Assembly (NCBI RefSeq): GCF_006345805.1
Contig: NC_043002.1
Coordinates: 83,638,001 to 83,702,000 of the forward strand
Reading direction: 5' to 3'
DNA length: 64,000 nt
Source: Octopus sinensis
Taxonomy: Eukaryota
The notes under the pieces were generated by a model. That model saw nothing but the letters and a program-made list of their open reading frames with translations, was not told the DNA's origin and ran no database searches. The translations under genes and the position numbers were made by a program. Positions 12,958 through 25,719 of this stretch are shown one piece after another; the stretch's first letter is position 1, and each line of letters opens with the position of its first letter.

Positions 12958-13787
12958 TATATATATATTCATTTATATATATATATATATATAATATATA
13001 TATATGTACGCACACACACATATATATGTATGATGTATGTGATGAATGTATATTTATGTCAAGTCATTTGTAAGCTCTGCTGGTAACATGTATCCCAATA
13101 CAACCTGTTGCATGCTGACTAAATCGGCAACTCACACAAAGCTTGCTTGGTGTGCGTGCGTGATTTTTGGACATCCTGCAAGATGGGAAACAAAGCCTTT
13201 CAAATGTTAATGTTAAATGAACTCGGAGTGAATGTCAATGGCCATACAATATTTACATATGCAAATAGATATGTGCGTGTATGGTCAGTGGCATGTTCAT
13301 ATTTCATTCAAATGAGACGTGGATGAAATGAGTAATCCTCTCTATAGCTTCGACGTTGACGGCAGTCGGCCAATGGACGCATATGTTACAGGTGACAACA
13401 TACCACCATGCATCTTGTATTGCAATTTATTAGATATAGAAATAAAGGCAGTTGGTTTATTAATTACCTGTTGCCCTCTTTCTATTTCAAAGACTCTCAA
13501 ACACATTACATAGTGCCACCAAACGTGTGAAACCTTCCACAATTCAAGGATCTGACTGAGTTGTCTGTACCATCAGCCGGATTTTCTTGTGAGAGATAAA
13601 ATTGTGAGGAGGTCTTTCAATTTTGGTATGTTACGACATCAGTGACAATGAAGCCAATAATAAAAGGAAAAGTTACTTGTCTATCTTGAACGGTCGAAAC
13701 GAATATCATAACCGAATATTTTATATGATATTCTTTGTGGTGATTCCTTTATTATCTTCATTATTGTTAGCTTCAGTTTCATTATAG

Positions 13788-13788
<1 letters not shown>

Positions 13789-13822
<34 letters not shown>

Positions 13823-13873
13823 TAATATAATAATAATAATAATATTAATAATAATAATAATAATAATATGATG

Positions 13874-13968
<95 letters not shown>
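13789..13968. repeat. (TAA)n microsatellite
   Basis: ~180 bp of near-perfect TAA repeat directly abutting the Dong-like element. Confidence 0.95.
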
Positions 13969-14705
13969 CAGTTAATACGTGGGCGATGGCATCACTTCAG
14001 TATGGAGTGGCAATTATAAAATGCCAAAAAGAGAAATGATGAAAATGGATACCAAGACCAGAAAAATGTTGACAGTACACGGAGCCTTCCACCCTAAGAG
14101 TGACACCGATAGGCTGTACTTGCCCATAAGAAAGAATGGGAGAGATTTGATCAGTTGCCAGGACTGTATCGAAGCAGAGGAAAGAAGTTTAGGTGGTATG
14201 TAAAAAATGCCGTGGAGCCATTGTTGAAACATGCGAAGGCCGGCTTTTTCAAAACTGAAAATTGTGTAATGAAAGAAAAATTTAAACAAGAAATGAACAC
14301 AAGAAAAGTAAAAGCATAGAAGGAAAAAAAAGTATTGTCAGTTTGCAAGAGATGTGAACGCGAAGACAGATACAGAGAACTGGTGGTTATGGATGAGAAG
14401 GAGTGGCCTGAAGATAAAGACAGAAGCACTCATATGCGCAGCTCTAGAACAAGCGTTAAAGACCAACTATGTGAAGTGCAGAATAGACAACACTACCGAC
14501 AGTGACAAATGCAGAAATTGTGGTGAGAGGGGTGAAACGGTATGGAACATCGTTAACGAGTGCCCGAAATTGGCACAGCGCGAATATAAAAGACGCCGTG
14601 ATAATGTGGAAAGAATGATCCATTGGAAGCTCTGTGGAAATCACGGCATTCAAAGAGCAAAGACGTGGTATGAGAAAATCCCAGAATGAGTCACCATGAA
14701 TGTTG
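13969..14705 (+). pseudogene. R4/Dong-clade RLE non-LTR retrotransposon fragment
   Basis: MDTKTRKMLTVHGAFHPKSDTDRLYLP..GR.L, LK..TEALICAALEQAL.TN, zinc knuckle CRNCGERGETVWNIVNEC, then YKRRRDNV.R.IHW.LC...WYE.IPE. Contains stops and frameshifts. The 3' end is replaced by a SINE. Confidence 0.85.
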
Positions 14706-14742
14706 TCGAGCGATGATGGGGAGGACAAACACTGACTAACAA

Positions 14743-14787
<45 letters not shown>

Positions 14788-14940
14788 CGACGGGCTTCTT
14801 TCAGTTTCCATCTACCAAATCCACTCACAAGTCTTTGGTCGACTCGAAGCTATAATAGAAGACACTTGCCGAATGTGCCACACAGTGGGACTGAACACGG
14901 ATCTTGTGGCTGGGAAGCAAGCTTCTTACCACACAGCCCC
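14706..14940 (-). mobile_element. SINE family A (partial)
   Basis: Reverse complement of the ggctgtgtggtaagaagcttgct...gatggaaactgaaagaagcccgtcg family, with internal (TA)/(CA). Confidence 0.75.
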
Positions 14941-16568
14941 TCCATAAAGATATAATACAGTAATACCTCGCAGTACGAGTTTAATTCCTTCCATCGCCGA
15001 GCTCGTATTATGGTTTACTCGTTTTACAAATCAATTTTTCCCATTGAAATTAACTAAAATATAATCAATCCGTTCCAGACCGCCCCCCCCCCAAAAAGAC
15101 CCTCAAAAATAATCTTTTATGGGTTTTAAAACAGAAAAAGTAGTTACAAATAAAATGGTAATTATAAAAAAGAGAATGCAAAACTGGATTATTACCTGAA
15201 TTACCTTAAAGTTGGGACGATTTGGTTGAGAATCACCGGACTTAAACAATAATTCGCAGATCGAAATTTTTCAATAGTATCGTTTTGTATGGCAAGCCGG
15301 TCTATCCGTGTCCACTGTGTTGCATTGTTTCTTTGCACGTTTTGTATTAGATGCGAGATGAAAAGAGGTTGTTAGTCCTTATCGGAAACTTTTACCATTT
15401 TTTTTTAAAGGAAAGGCAAAACTGTGACCAGTTTCCACGAACCTCTTATAGGGACGGAGAGGGAGCAGAAAAGGGAGAGAAGGGGAGGGAGAAGGGAGGA
15501 GAGAGAATAATCGATCCTTGGAGTCGTTCTGCTCCTGCAGTTATTGATCCCGGAAAGGGATTAAATGACAACTTGACACTTGATTGATTCATGGAGTCAC
15601 TGGAAGTCTTCGACAGCGACGAGTGATTCAGCGGAATATCCAGGATGTGGCAGATGGAGAAAGAGAAAGGACAGCACCAGCACCAAGCTGGTACTCATTT
15701 ACAGCAGGCACGACACGAACTATCTTGCTCAAGGACACAACATGTCAGATCTAGCATTGAACCGACGATTCGACAGTCATGAGTCGAACGTCGCTAACTA
15801 CTTAGCCACGTGCGTTCCTAAAAAAAATTTAACGCAACACTAAATTAAATTACCTTTCGTCGCAATGTACCTACAGTGGGAGTTCTAGTGGTGGGGGTGG
15901 AGGGAGGAAAAGGGGACGTCTACTTTGTCCCCTTATCAGACGGGTTGGGTATCAGTGAAATCACGTATCCGTTAAATACTGCAGTTAATATTACACACCC
16001 ACCCACCCCGAAATGTGGTTCCTTTCTGTGTTAGAAATATTTATTGCTAATTTTTGTAGGGTGGTGAGTTGCACAACCGGTAGAGCATCAGAAAAAATGC
16101 ATTTCTGGGGTTTTTTAAAAACTCATCTGCTTTTGCGTTCTTACTTTGAATCTCGTTTGGGTCGATATTGTTTTTCATTGTTACGAATGTGTGCGCGTGC
16201 GTCGATAAAGAAAATGGTACCAGTTAAATACTGGGATCAAATCCTGCTTTCGTTGGATTCACAGTCACTAATAGGGTTGTGGGGTTGGGATGCTTTGTGA
16301 AACACAGCGTATCTTGGATATTTTAAACATGGCGGATCTCAGCCCTGGTGAGGCTAAAATATATGTTAATTTCGACAGAGAGAGAGAGACAGACAAGAAG
16401 AGAGACAGAAAGAGAGAGAGAGAAAGAGAGAAGAGAGAGAAAGAGAGAAAGAGAGATATATATAGAGAGAGGGAGAGGGGGTGAGAGAAAGAGTTGGGAG
16501 TAGACTTATGATCAGACTTGAGGAAAAAGGAGAGAGAGAAAGTTGTTGGACCTAAGATAGAAATCGAG

Positions 16569-17012
16569 CAACCAACCAGCCAACCAACCGACAAACCAAC
16601 CAACCAGCCGACCCACCGACCAACCAACCAGCCAGCTAACCAACCGACCCACCGACCAACCAGCCCACCGACCGACCAACCAACCGACCACCGTCCAACC
16701 AACCAACGAGGCAACCATCCAACCAGCCTGCCAACCAACCGACTAACCAGCCTGCCAACCAACCGACAAACCAACCAACCAACCAGCCGACCCACCGACC
16801 AACCAACCAGCCAGCTAACCAACCGACCAACCAACCAACCAGCCAACCAACCGACCAACCAGCCAACCGACCCACCGACCAACCAGCCCACCGACCGACC
16901 AACCAACCGACCACCGTCCAACCAACCAACGAGGCAACCATCCAACCAGCCTGCCAACCAACCGACTAACCAGCCTGCCAACCAACCGACCCACCAACCA
17001 ACCAACCAACCA
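16569..17012. repeat. Degenerate (CCAA)n tetranucleotide array with higher-order duplication
   Basis: CCAA/CCGA/CCAG variants. The block caccgtccaaccaaccaacgaggcaaccatccaaccagcctgccaaccaaccgactaaccagcctgcc occurs twice. The long ORFs here are artefacts of the repeat. Confidence 0.85.
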
Positions 17013-17732
17013 ACACTTCTGTTGGCTGTTATTTCTATATAAAGGTCACTGAATAAAAGATGGGTTGGTCACGACTTGATGTCTTCGATCATAGACCTGT
17101 TCGATTAGGCCTTCGTGAGGGCTGGACAACAACAACAACAACACCATATATTTAATACGACCGATATTCTCTAGAATTAGGAACCAGGTGTTGTTTGCGT
17201 GAGTATGGCACCATATCCATCAATCTGGAATACAATTGACAGGTCACCTTATCAGGTGCATAGTAATGGTACACTAAAATTACAATAATCTAGAGCTGTT
17301 ATAACCGTCTCTCATACAAAGGCCTCAAAACCTCTGGCACGCACCTCGTAATTATATAACCTACGTGTAAACATTTATTAATTTGTTTCGGCACTTCAGA
17401 ATTTTTTATCGTTTACTTTGTCATTGGACTGTGGCTATGCTGGAGCACCACCCTGAAAGGTTTTAGTTGATGAAATCGATCCGTCTACCAAATTCACTCA
17501 CAAGACATTGGTCAGCCTGGAGCTATAATAGAAGACACTTACCCAAGGCGCCGTACAGTGGGACTGAATCAGAATCACAGTTATCTGTGTGCATTCCTTG
17601 TTATTGCCGTTTTCGAAATCGAAAATCACCAGTTGTGGGGAAGGGTAAATTTGTTTTGAAAACTAAAAATCTGATAGAAAAGAAAATTATTGAAGTTAGA
17701 AAACAGCTGAATATAAGAGAAATAATATTTAA

Positions 17733-17957
17733 CCCTTTGCCTGTCCAGTGTATCACATATGATACACATGATGTATTTTCTTGGCATCCGTGCATCAGAT
17801 ATAATACACATTCCTAATTTGTTCAACCACTAGAGTAACTTGGGACTTATGAAAGGAAAGTTATATTAGATTGTATGAAACAAGAGCTATCTATAAACCT
17901 GAAAACAAGTATGGACTTTTAGGACTAACTTTTGAAAATACTGTGGACAGGCAATGG
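17733..17957. mobile_element. piggyBac-type MITE
   Basis: TTAA at 17729-17732 and 17958-17961. TIR ccctttgcctgtcca / tggacaggcaatgg. Confidence 0.75.
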
Positions 17958-18743
17958 TTAATAGTGGTATAAACTAAAGGAAAGCATTTTTTTTTAGTAG
18001 ATATACACGACGAGGTGTCCCAACAGAAAAGACACTTAAATATATCTTGGTGGGAGGGATTATAGAGAAAATTGTAAATTGCAATGATCCGAGAAGTTTA
18101 GCAGGCAAGAGGGACAGTGAGATAATGAAGTGTTCTTATTGCAAAACTAAAGTCTCTAAGATAAGAGAAGCAGGCAGTTATATGAGAGACACTGCAGGGG
18201 GTCTTTGATAAGATATAAATTAGAACACTGCCGTACCAGACGATAAAATTTGACGTTATTGCTGGAGATTAATTGACACTGAAAGTCGGGGGTATTTTTT
18301 TAAAAACTCCATGCAGTGCTTTCCAAACTGGGGTCGCTACCACTTCCTTTCCACAAGGGACGCTAAAACCCATTTCAGTGGTTGCTAGGAATGTACAAAA
18401 AAATAGAAAAAAAAAGAAGCAAAATTGAAATTAACCTTTATTTCTCTATGAATAAGATTACGGAAGATTTAACGGAGGGTGCAGGCCACCAATTCAACTT
18501 ATTATAAATGGGGTGCTAGACTAACAAGACGGTTTGTGGTTCAGTCAAAGGAAGAAGGGGCAACATCCACAACTTTTTATATTGCTACCGAGATTGTTGG
18601 GAGGAAGGGACGAAATGATTGAACAGGTCATTGAACTGTTACAAATACTTGCAACTGAGCAGACTCTCCTAAAAGCAACCAGGAGTTACGAGATAGTAGT
18701 GGTAGTAGCAGCAGCAGCAGCAGCAGTAGCAGTAGTAGTAGTA

Positions 18744-18789
<46 letters not shown>

Positions 18790-18842
18790 CTTGTTACCTA
18801 AGAATTAGCCGTCAACATTAAGTTAAGTTGATATTTTTCATT

Positions 18843-19253
18843 AGCGCAGGAGTGGCTGTGTGGTAAGTAGCTTGCTAACCAACCACATGGTTCCAGGTTC
18901 AGTCCCACTGCGTGGCATCTTGGGCAAGTGTCTTCTGCTATAGCCCCGGGCCAACCAATGCCTTGTGGGTGGATTTGGTAGACGGAAACTGAAAGAAGCC
19001 TGTCGTATATATGTATATATATATAAGTGTGTGTGTATATGTTTGTGTGTCTGTGTTTGTCCTCCTAGCATTGCTTGACAACCGATGCTGGTGTGTTTAC
19101 GTCCCCGTCACTTAGCGGTTCGGCAAAAGAGACCGATAGAATAAGTACTGGGCTTACAAAGAATAAGACCCGGGGTCGATTTGCTCGACTAAAGGCGGTG
19201 CTCCAGCATGGCCGCAGTCAAATGACTGAAACAAGTAAAAGAGAGTAAAAGAG
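18843..19253 (+). mobile_element. Full-length SINE family A (tRNA head, CORE-like cttgggcaagtgtctt, internal microsatellite, gtaaaagag tail)
   Basis: A/B-box head tggctgtgtggtaag...ggttcagtccc. Many homologs: 38696-39080, 41121-41522, 52252-52750, 53594-53920, 37411-37742, 47790-48348. Confidence 0.88.
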
Positions 19254-19257
19254 ATAA

Positions 19258-19451
19258 TACAGTTCTATATTTAAGAAACGAGGAATTATGTACAATATTT
19301 ACATTCGACGGATATTTGTCCTCATCTTGTTTGTTGTTAACATAACGTTTTGGCTGATATACCCTCCAGTCTTCTTCGGGTGTCTTGGGGAAATTTCGAA
19401 CCTGGGTTCTCATTCCTAAGGTATTTTTCGACGTTTTTATTATTATTATTA

Positions 19452-19515
<64 letters not shown>

Positions 19516-19615
19516 AACCACTACGCCATATGCCCGTGGGAATATGGCGTAGTGCTTAAGAGTGCGGGCTACTAACCTCAAGATTCCGAGTTCGATTCCA
19601 AGCAGTGACCTGAGC

Positions 19616-19653
<38 letters not shown>

Positions 19654-19803
19654 CATCGAAAAATACCTTAGGAATGAAACCCAAGGTTTGAAATTTCCCC
19701 AAGACACCTGAAGAAGGCTGGCAGGTATATAAGCCGAAACGTTATGTTAACAACAAACAAGATGAGGACAAATAACCGTCGAATATAAATAATGTAAATA
19801 ATT
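19258..19803. mobile_element. Head-to-head pair of a tRNA-headed, (AAT)n-containing, hammerhead-bearing element
   Basis: 19290-19435 is the reverse complement of 19652-19803. Palindrome centre accactacgccatatgccc|gt|gggaatatggcgtagtgc at ~19536. tRNA-like A box tggcgtagtgc and B box gagttcgattcc at 19538-19610. Confidence 0.8.
19703..19748 (+). ncRNA. Minimal type I hammerhead ribozyme motif
   Basis: gacac-CTGAAGA-a-GGCT-loop-AGCC-GAAA-CG-TT-atgtt. The inverted copy at ~19339-19385 (-) has core mutations (CCGAAGA, AAAA). Confidence 0.7.
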
Positions 19804-20819
19804 TTCATTAGTATGTTGTTATGAGCGTATCAAAGTCCGTAAGATAGTAGAAGCGATAGCTTGGCGAACAAAATACTTCATATTTTGAGTTCGTTCACCT
19901 TAGAGTCAATTTGCCTTTCATCTCTTTCGAGGTTGCAAAAGTAAGCACCAATCAAATATTGGAGTTGATCAAATCCGTGTGGCTTTGTGCCAATATTAGA
20001 AACCATTGTGAGGTCACTCAATCGTTAATGTAGGAAAAATTCTTTGCGGTATTTGTTCCGGCTTCTTACATTCTGAGTTCAGTTTTCGCCGAGGTCAGTT
20101 AAGCTTTTCATCTCTCAGGTGTTGATGAAATTAAGTCCCAGTCAAGTACTGACCCTGTGTAATCAACTAACCTGCTTTCCGTAAAAATTGCTGTCCTTCT
20201 GCTTTAATTAGAAATAATTATTGTATATATTCAAGGATGGCTGACAAACCGAAGCGTTAGAGCGCCAAGCAAAATGCTCTGCGGTGTTTGTCCCAATTCT
20301 TTAAATTTGGGGATCAAAACCCTACGGAATTTATCTTTTTGTTCCATAACGGTGGATTGACCGAATCATTAAGGCATTGGACGAAAGGCTTCACGATATT
20401 GTTGTACCGGCTTTCAAAATTCAAGCATTTCTTCCATGAAAGGTCACCTAACGGGAGACAAACATGAGAGGTTTATATACATACAACCCTTTTAGCCCCA
20501 GTAAAATATTCTCTTTTTGTGTCCAAAGTGTGCTTATCTACTTCATAAAGTCTTCTCATCGATTTCTGAACCCGGTGGGTCGTTGTATCGTTTCACGTTA
20601 GTCCAGCTGAACATGAGCGTTGATGTGACCTCCTTCGGTCATGAATGACCATGGAATTGCACCCAGAAAGTCACCCTCTGAGGTACAAGTCTGGGTAAGG
20701 CTGTTTATGGAAGATCAGCAGTCGCCCACGCATACCAGCCTCCCCACTCCACGCCACCAATGTTATCCAAGGGAAAGGCAAAGGCCGATACTGCTCGGCA
20801 CCAGTGACATCACAACTCA

Positions 20820-21137
20820 TTTATTAACGTGTAAGTGGCTGAGCACTCCACAGACACGTGTACCCTTAACGTAGTCCTCGAGGAGATTCAGCGTGACACA
20901 GAGTGTGACAAGGCTGGCCCTTTGAAATACAGGTACAACAGAAACAGGAAGAAAGAGTGAGAGAAAGTTGTGACAAAAGAGTACAGCAGGGTTCACCACC
21001 ACCCCCTGCCGGAGCTTCGTGGAGCTTTAGGTGTTTTCGCTCAATAAACACTCACAATGCCCGGTCTGGGAATCGAAACCACGATCCTACGACCCCGCGA
21101 GTCCGCTGCCCTAACCACTGGGCCATTGCGCCTCCAC
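20820..21137 (-). mobile_element. SINE family D, tail type 2
   Basis: Family D head joined to the tail gtacctgtatttcaaagggccagccttgtcacac...ggagtgctcagccactt, which is also found behind a family-C-like head at 33440-33775. Confidence 0.8.
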
Positions 21138-21321
21138 AACATGAGCATTATTCTACTGCTAATGCAGCCATTTCTCTTCTCCAGCTGTCATATCTCCTAG
21201 ATCAAGCATGAGAAGACTGAAAGCGTGTCTATGTTAGCTCGTTGATATGATTAGCAAACCGTGGTACCAAATATCAGGTAATACTCGCTAGCGAATGACT
21301 GCTAAGCTTATGCATGTACAT

Positions 21322-21446
<125 letters not shown>

Positions 21447-21479
21447 TACATACATACATACATGCATAATACCTGTCTA

Positions 21480-21615
21480 AGCTGGTTTTTTCTTTTTTCT
21501 GATGAAAATCACGTGTCCGAAACGTTGAAGACCCTTTTCGTCTCCTTTCAAGCATAATACTAATAACATTTTTGTTAAAACGTGTTCCTCTCATTGTGTG
21601 CCTTTTTGTTTTTGT
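21480..21615 (+). mobile_element. Degraded copy of the 3883-4075 hammerhead element
   Basis: CTGATGA (21499) ... GAAACGTT (21519). Stem II is disrupted. Downstream sequence is similar to 3970-4065. Confidence 0.5.
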
Positions 21616-21640
21616 ATATATATATATATATATTTGTGTA

Positions 21641-21673
<33 letters not shown>

Positions 21674-21959
21674 CCATTCAGGCTCATACACTCGCACACA
21701 CTCACGCGCGTGATTTTGGTGACTATACATCGAATGTATACTGCACCACGAAAAATCAAATTATAAATGTGAGGAAAACAAAAAGGAAAAAATCATTATC
21801 CTAATAATATAGCTTAGTTTAGAAAGTCACACCAGAATTTAAATTGACAGAAATATTGTTGCCATTACGTGTTTTACTATATTTTAAAGAAAATAATAAA
21901 ACATGCTTTAATTAGAAATATTGAATTTCTAAATGTCTCAGAGAGACACGAGCGGTGGT

Positions 21960-22265
21960 GGAGTGATAGAGTGGTTGTATACTGTCAACATAGCGTGACA
22001 GTCCCGTAAAGGGAATTACACCACCGCTATTTAACCCTAGGAAGCATCGACGCTTCCTGTCGGCTTTGACACATTTCCTGTGTCCTTATATTTGCGAAGG
22101 GGAGGCAAGCACCCCTACCAGCTAGGACTAGCAACCTGAAGACATGCTTGTTTCTGGGTCTTGCCCGTCATCAGTCCAGGGTAGCTAGTCCTGCTAGTTG
22201 AGATACTTAGTTGAGATAATAAAACATGCGTAATTCTTACAAGCAAACAAACATAACCCTGGGTT
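21960..22265 (-). mobile_element. Retrozyme-like non-coding element
   Basis: Structured ~300-bp unit holding the canonical hammerhead and extra hairpins (caggaagcgtcgatgcttcct; ctgtcacgctatgttgacag). Boundaries are approximate. Confidence 0.5.
22124..22192 (-). ncRNA. Canonical type I hammerhead ribozyme
   Basis: Minus strand aggactagctaccctgga-CTGATGA-cGGG-caaga-CCCa-GAAA-CA-agca-TG-TC^-ttcaggttgctagtcct. Long stem I with internal loop, intact core, GUC cleavage triplet (cut between 22141 and 22140). Confidence 0.85.
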
Positions 22266-22632
22266 ACTGGTATTTCCAGTCCCAACCGAAGCATACAACA
22301 AAAGGAATTATGTTCGACCATGAAATCTTATTGGTGTGTCCTCTTAACGATGCAAAGCAGAAATAAAAACATAGACGAGGTAAACATTTAGCAAGTTCCG
22401 CTTGATTAAATATTGTTGTAAATAAAATATTGCTGAAAATATCGCCAAGACAGATACGAAATAAAAGATCTGATATTAACAATAAACCGAATGATTCAAA
22501 AGTCTATATATATATATGTAAGTATATGTATGTGCATGTATGAGTATATACACTCAAACACACACACACATGCACATACGTACATACATACATACATACA
22601 TACATACATACATACATACATACATACATACA

Positions 22633-22664
<32 letters not shown>

Positions 22665-23495
22665 CATACATACGTGTGCAGTGAAGTATACATATATGAG
22701 TAGGTCTGTCAACGAATAAATCGAATGTCGAACGGATTTCTGAAGAAAATTAAACTCGTATAACGAGCTGAAATTTGATCAACGAATCACGAACTGTCTA
22801 CGCACGCAAATAAGTGAGATCCAATTCACGCGACGATCTGGTATTTGAGTAACAAATCAAGAGTAAGTTAAGCAAGCGTATAAGTGCCGGGAGAGTATAT
22901 ACTAACGTACGTTAAAATAGACAAATTGTATGGGTGTCACTCATTCGATTGCGACGACGAGGGTTCCAGGACATCCAACCAACAGAACAGCCTGCTCATG
23001 AAGTTTGACACGCACACCCCTGATGTAGTTCTCGGGAAGATTCAGCGTGACACAGAATGTGACAAGGCCGGACCTTAGAATCTCAGGTACTACTCATTTT
23101 TTCCCAGCTGAGTGGATTGGAACAACGTGAAAAAGCGTACCTTGCTCAAGAACACAACGCGCGATCGTAAGCCGAATACCTCTAATTACTAAGACATGCG
23201 CCTTCACAGATAAATTGTTTGGTGAGCAGGGGTTTTTTTTTCCTTCTTTTTTCTTTTTTTTTTTCAGAAAATTCTGTTCAACCAACGAACTGAAATTCGA
23301 ACAACAAACTATGAATGGACAACGCACACATAAAAATGGCGGCGAGATCGTGTACAAACGGTTTGTTAACGTCCATGTATGCATTTCATGTAGCTTGCAA
23401 ATTTTCATACTTTATACAGAAAAAAATTTATCACGCATATTTTGCTAAAAACACAACCATAGTTCGACAGAAGCAAGATAACGGGAACACACACA

Positions 23496-23580
<85 letters not shown>

Positions 23581-24087
23581 AACAAACTAACAAACAAACA
23601 TATACGTAGCGCACACACACGCGCATTCAGACACATACGTACATATACGTATATATTTAATACATTTATGTATTTACTATTGTTGGATGGACAAATAAAA
23701 CATAATTTCATGCTTTTATAGGAAGTTTGGATGAGGCTTGGGACGGATTATCCCCTATTTCTATGTATTTCAATTACTCATGTAACAATGTGGCTTTGGG
23801 TAATCTTTACCTGAGCCGAGACAAACGGGTTAGCCGAGGTAAATGGAATATCTATCATCATAGTTTAGTTTGATCAGGGCTGACCTTAGACAAAATAGTA
23901 ACCGCAACAGCAACCATTGCAATAAGTACGGAGGATAAGAGGTTAAGCTGACCCAGGTGGTATTTCAACTCAAAACACTAAAGGGACATAACTATGTAGC
24001 AGAAAGTACTTAGTTTGGCGGTTGTCCTAGTTGCTAGGTAATCTATCTCCTACCATCAACCCACTCTCTTCCTGCTACCACTACATA

Positions 24088-24147
<60 letters not shown>

Positions 24148-24229
24148 CACTACTACAACTACTTCACCAATAGCTATCATAAGTGTAATTATTTGCTTCA
24201 AGCAAAATCAAATGAAATTTAAGTTCTGA

Positions 24230-24261
<32 letters not shown>

Positions 24262-24730
24262 AGCGAGAGAGAGAGAGAGCGTATGTGTGCTTGTTTGTAT
24301 GTAACTGGTCAAGATTTGTTTATCTTTAAATGTTAGATTTTTTTGTTCTTGTTTAAAATAAGTCTACATATGCATGTGTGTGTTTAAGAGAGAGAGAGAG
24401 AGAGAGAATGAATGTGTGTGTGTATGGGTGTTTGTAAGGGAGAGTGAGGGGAAAGAGAAGGAAGAGAGAAAGGAGGGGGAAGAGAGAAAGCATACGTGTG
24501 TGTATGCATGTGTAAGAGAGAAAGAGAGAGAGAGATAGAGAGAGAGCGGAGAGGAGAGTGGGAGGGAAATGAAAAGTGAGACAGAGACAGGCAGAGATTG
24601 GAAGTCAGAGAATGTGTGCGCGCGCGCATGCGTTTGTGTGAATATGTGCAGCGGAAACAGATAATGTCTGTGTGTTGTTTTTATTGTTGTTGCGTGTGTA
24701 CCTGTCTCTGCGCGTATATCTGTGTATAAA

Positions 24731-24761
<31 letters not shown>

Positions 24762-25299
24762 GAAACACACAAGCACGCACACATGTATATATACATGCAA
24801 TGTTTATCGGAGATTCAGTTCGCACATATTGGGGAAATGTCTGTCTCTCCAAACATGCAAAATATTCAAGAACAAGAATATTGATCTCGTCTACCCTGCT
24901 CCGTCTAGCTCTTCAAATATTGTCTCTTTGAAACTCACATAGGGCGCTTCTATGCCGTCATTCGATCAACTAGAAATAACTCCTAAAAAAATTTTCCTCC
25001 TATCACAGCCTACGGCTCAAAACCAAATAAACATAAATGGACGCTGGAAAAAATTGTCAAAGATATACTTTGTCTAAATGGAAGAGACAATCACGTCGCA
25101 GTTGAAATGCCTTTGGTCAAAGGTCTACACGTTGGCAGAACACCTGGGTTTAAGCAACAAAAACAGAAATAGCAATAATGACAACAAGTTGAAAAGATAT
25201 AATCTCTATGTGGTCGTTCGGCCTGCTAAAAATAACACACAAATCGTTTTCGAACTGCACCCTACGTCTCCATAAAAAGACACATTTAATAAAGAGAGC

Positions 25300-25719
25300 G
25301 GATCTTTTCAGTTTGAACGGCAGTTTTTTAAAATAAATTCTAGGTAACTAAACACTTTTAAACTTCGCATACTGGTAGAATGTGTTTATAAAACATCTTT
25401 TTCTCTTGACTTTTTTGAGAAAATTCTATAGTTTGTAAGATATTTGTTCTTTTTTTCTCTTCAATTTCTGAAATTTCAACCAATCAATGACGTCTATTGA
25501 GATAAAAAAAACCATTCTGTGCCGTATGAACATGTCCCTCGTTTAAGAAACAGATTGGGTTTATTTACATTTGTGAAGAAAAAAGATACCCTTCCCCCAC
25601 CCCTAACCCTAACCCTAAAACAGATTGAAATACAATAGATCGATACTAGGGTCATAATTATGGGTGACAATTTCATATGATACCACTAGAAAAAACTGCC
25701 GTTCAAACCGAAAAGATCC
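25300..25719. mobile_element. GG-terminal MITE, copy 3
   Basis: Same TIR and body as 4801-5214 and 11622-12048, with (CCCTAA)3. No clear TSD. Confidence 0.85.

Noticed and set aside
10313-13086. Many YIYI/HTHT/VCVC ORFs here and across the window
   Set aside because: They are translations of (TA)n, (CA)n and (TACA)n tracts that lack stops by composition.
13465-13590. Minus-strand exon candidate with AG acceptor and CAG|GTAATT donor
   Set aside because: Stops in all three frames and no other support.
16268-17042. Longest ORFs (245 aa GWLV-rich; 174 aa QPTN-rich)
   Set aside because: They lie entirely within the CCAA array and GA tract and are open in several frames on both strands.
19538-19612. 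tRNA gene
   Set aside because: A and B boxes are present but there is no acceptor stem or terminator. It is a SINE head, as are the heads of families A-D.
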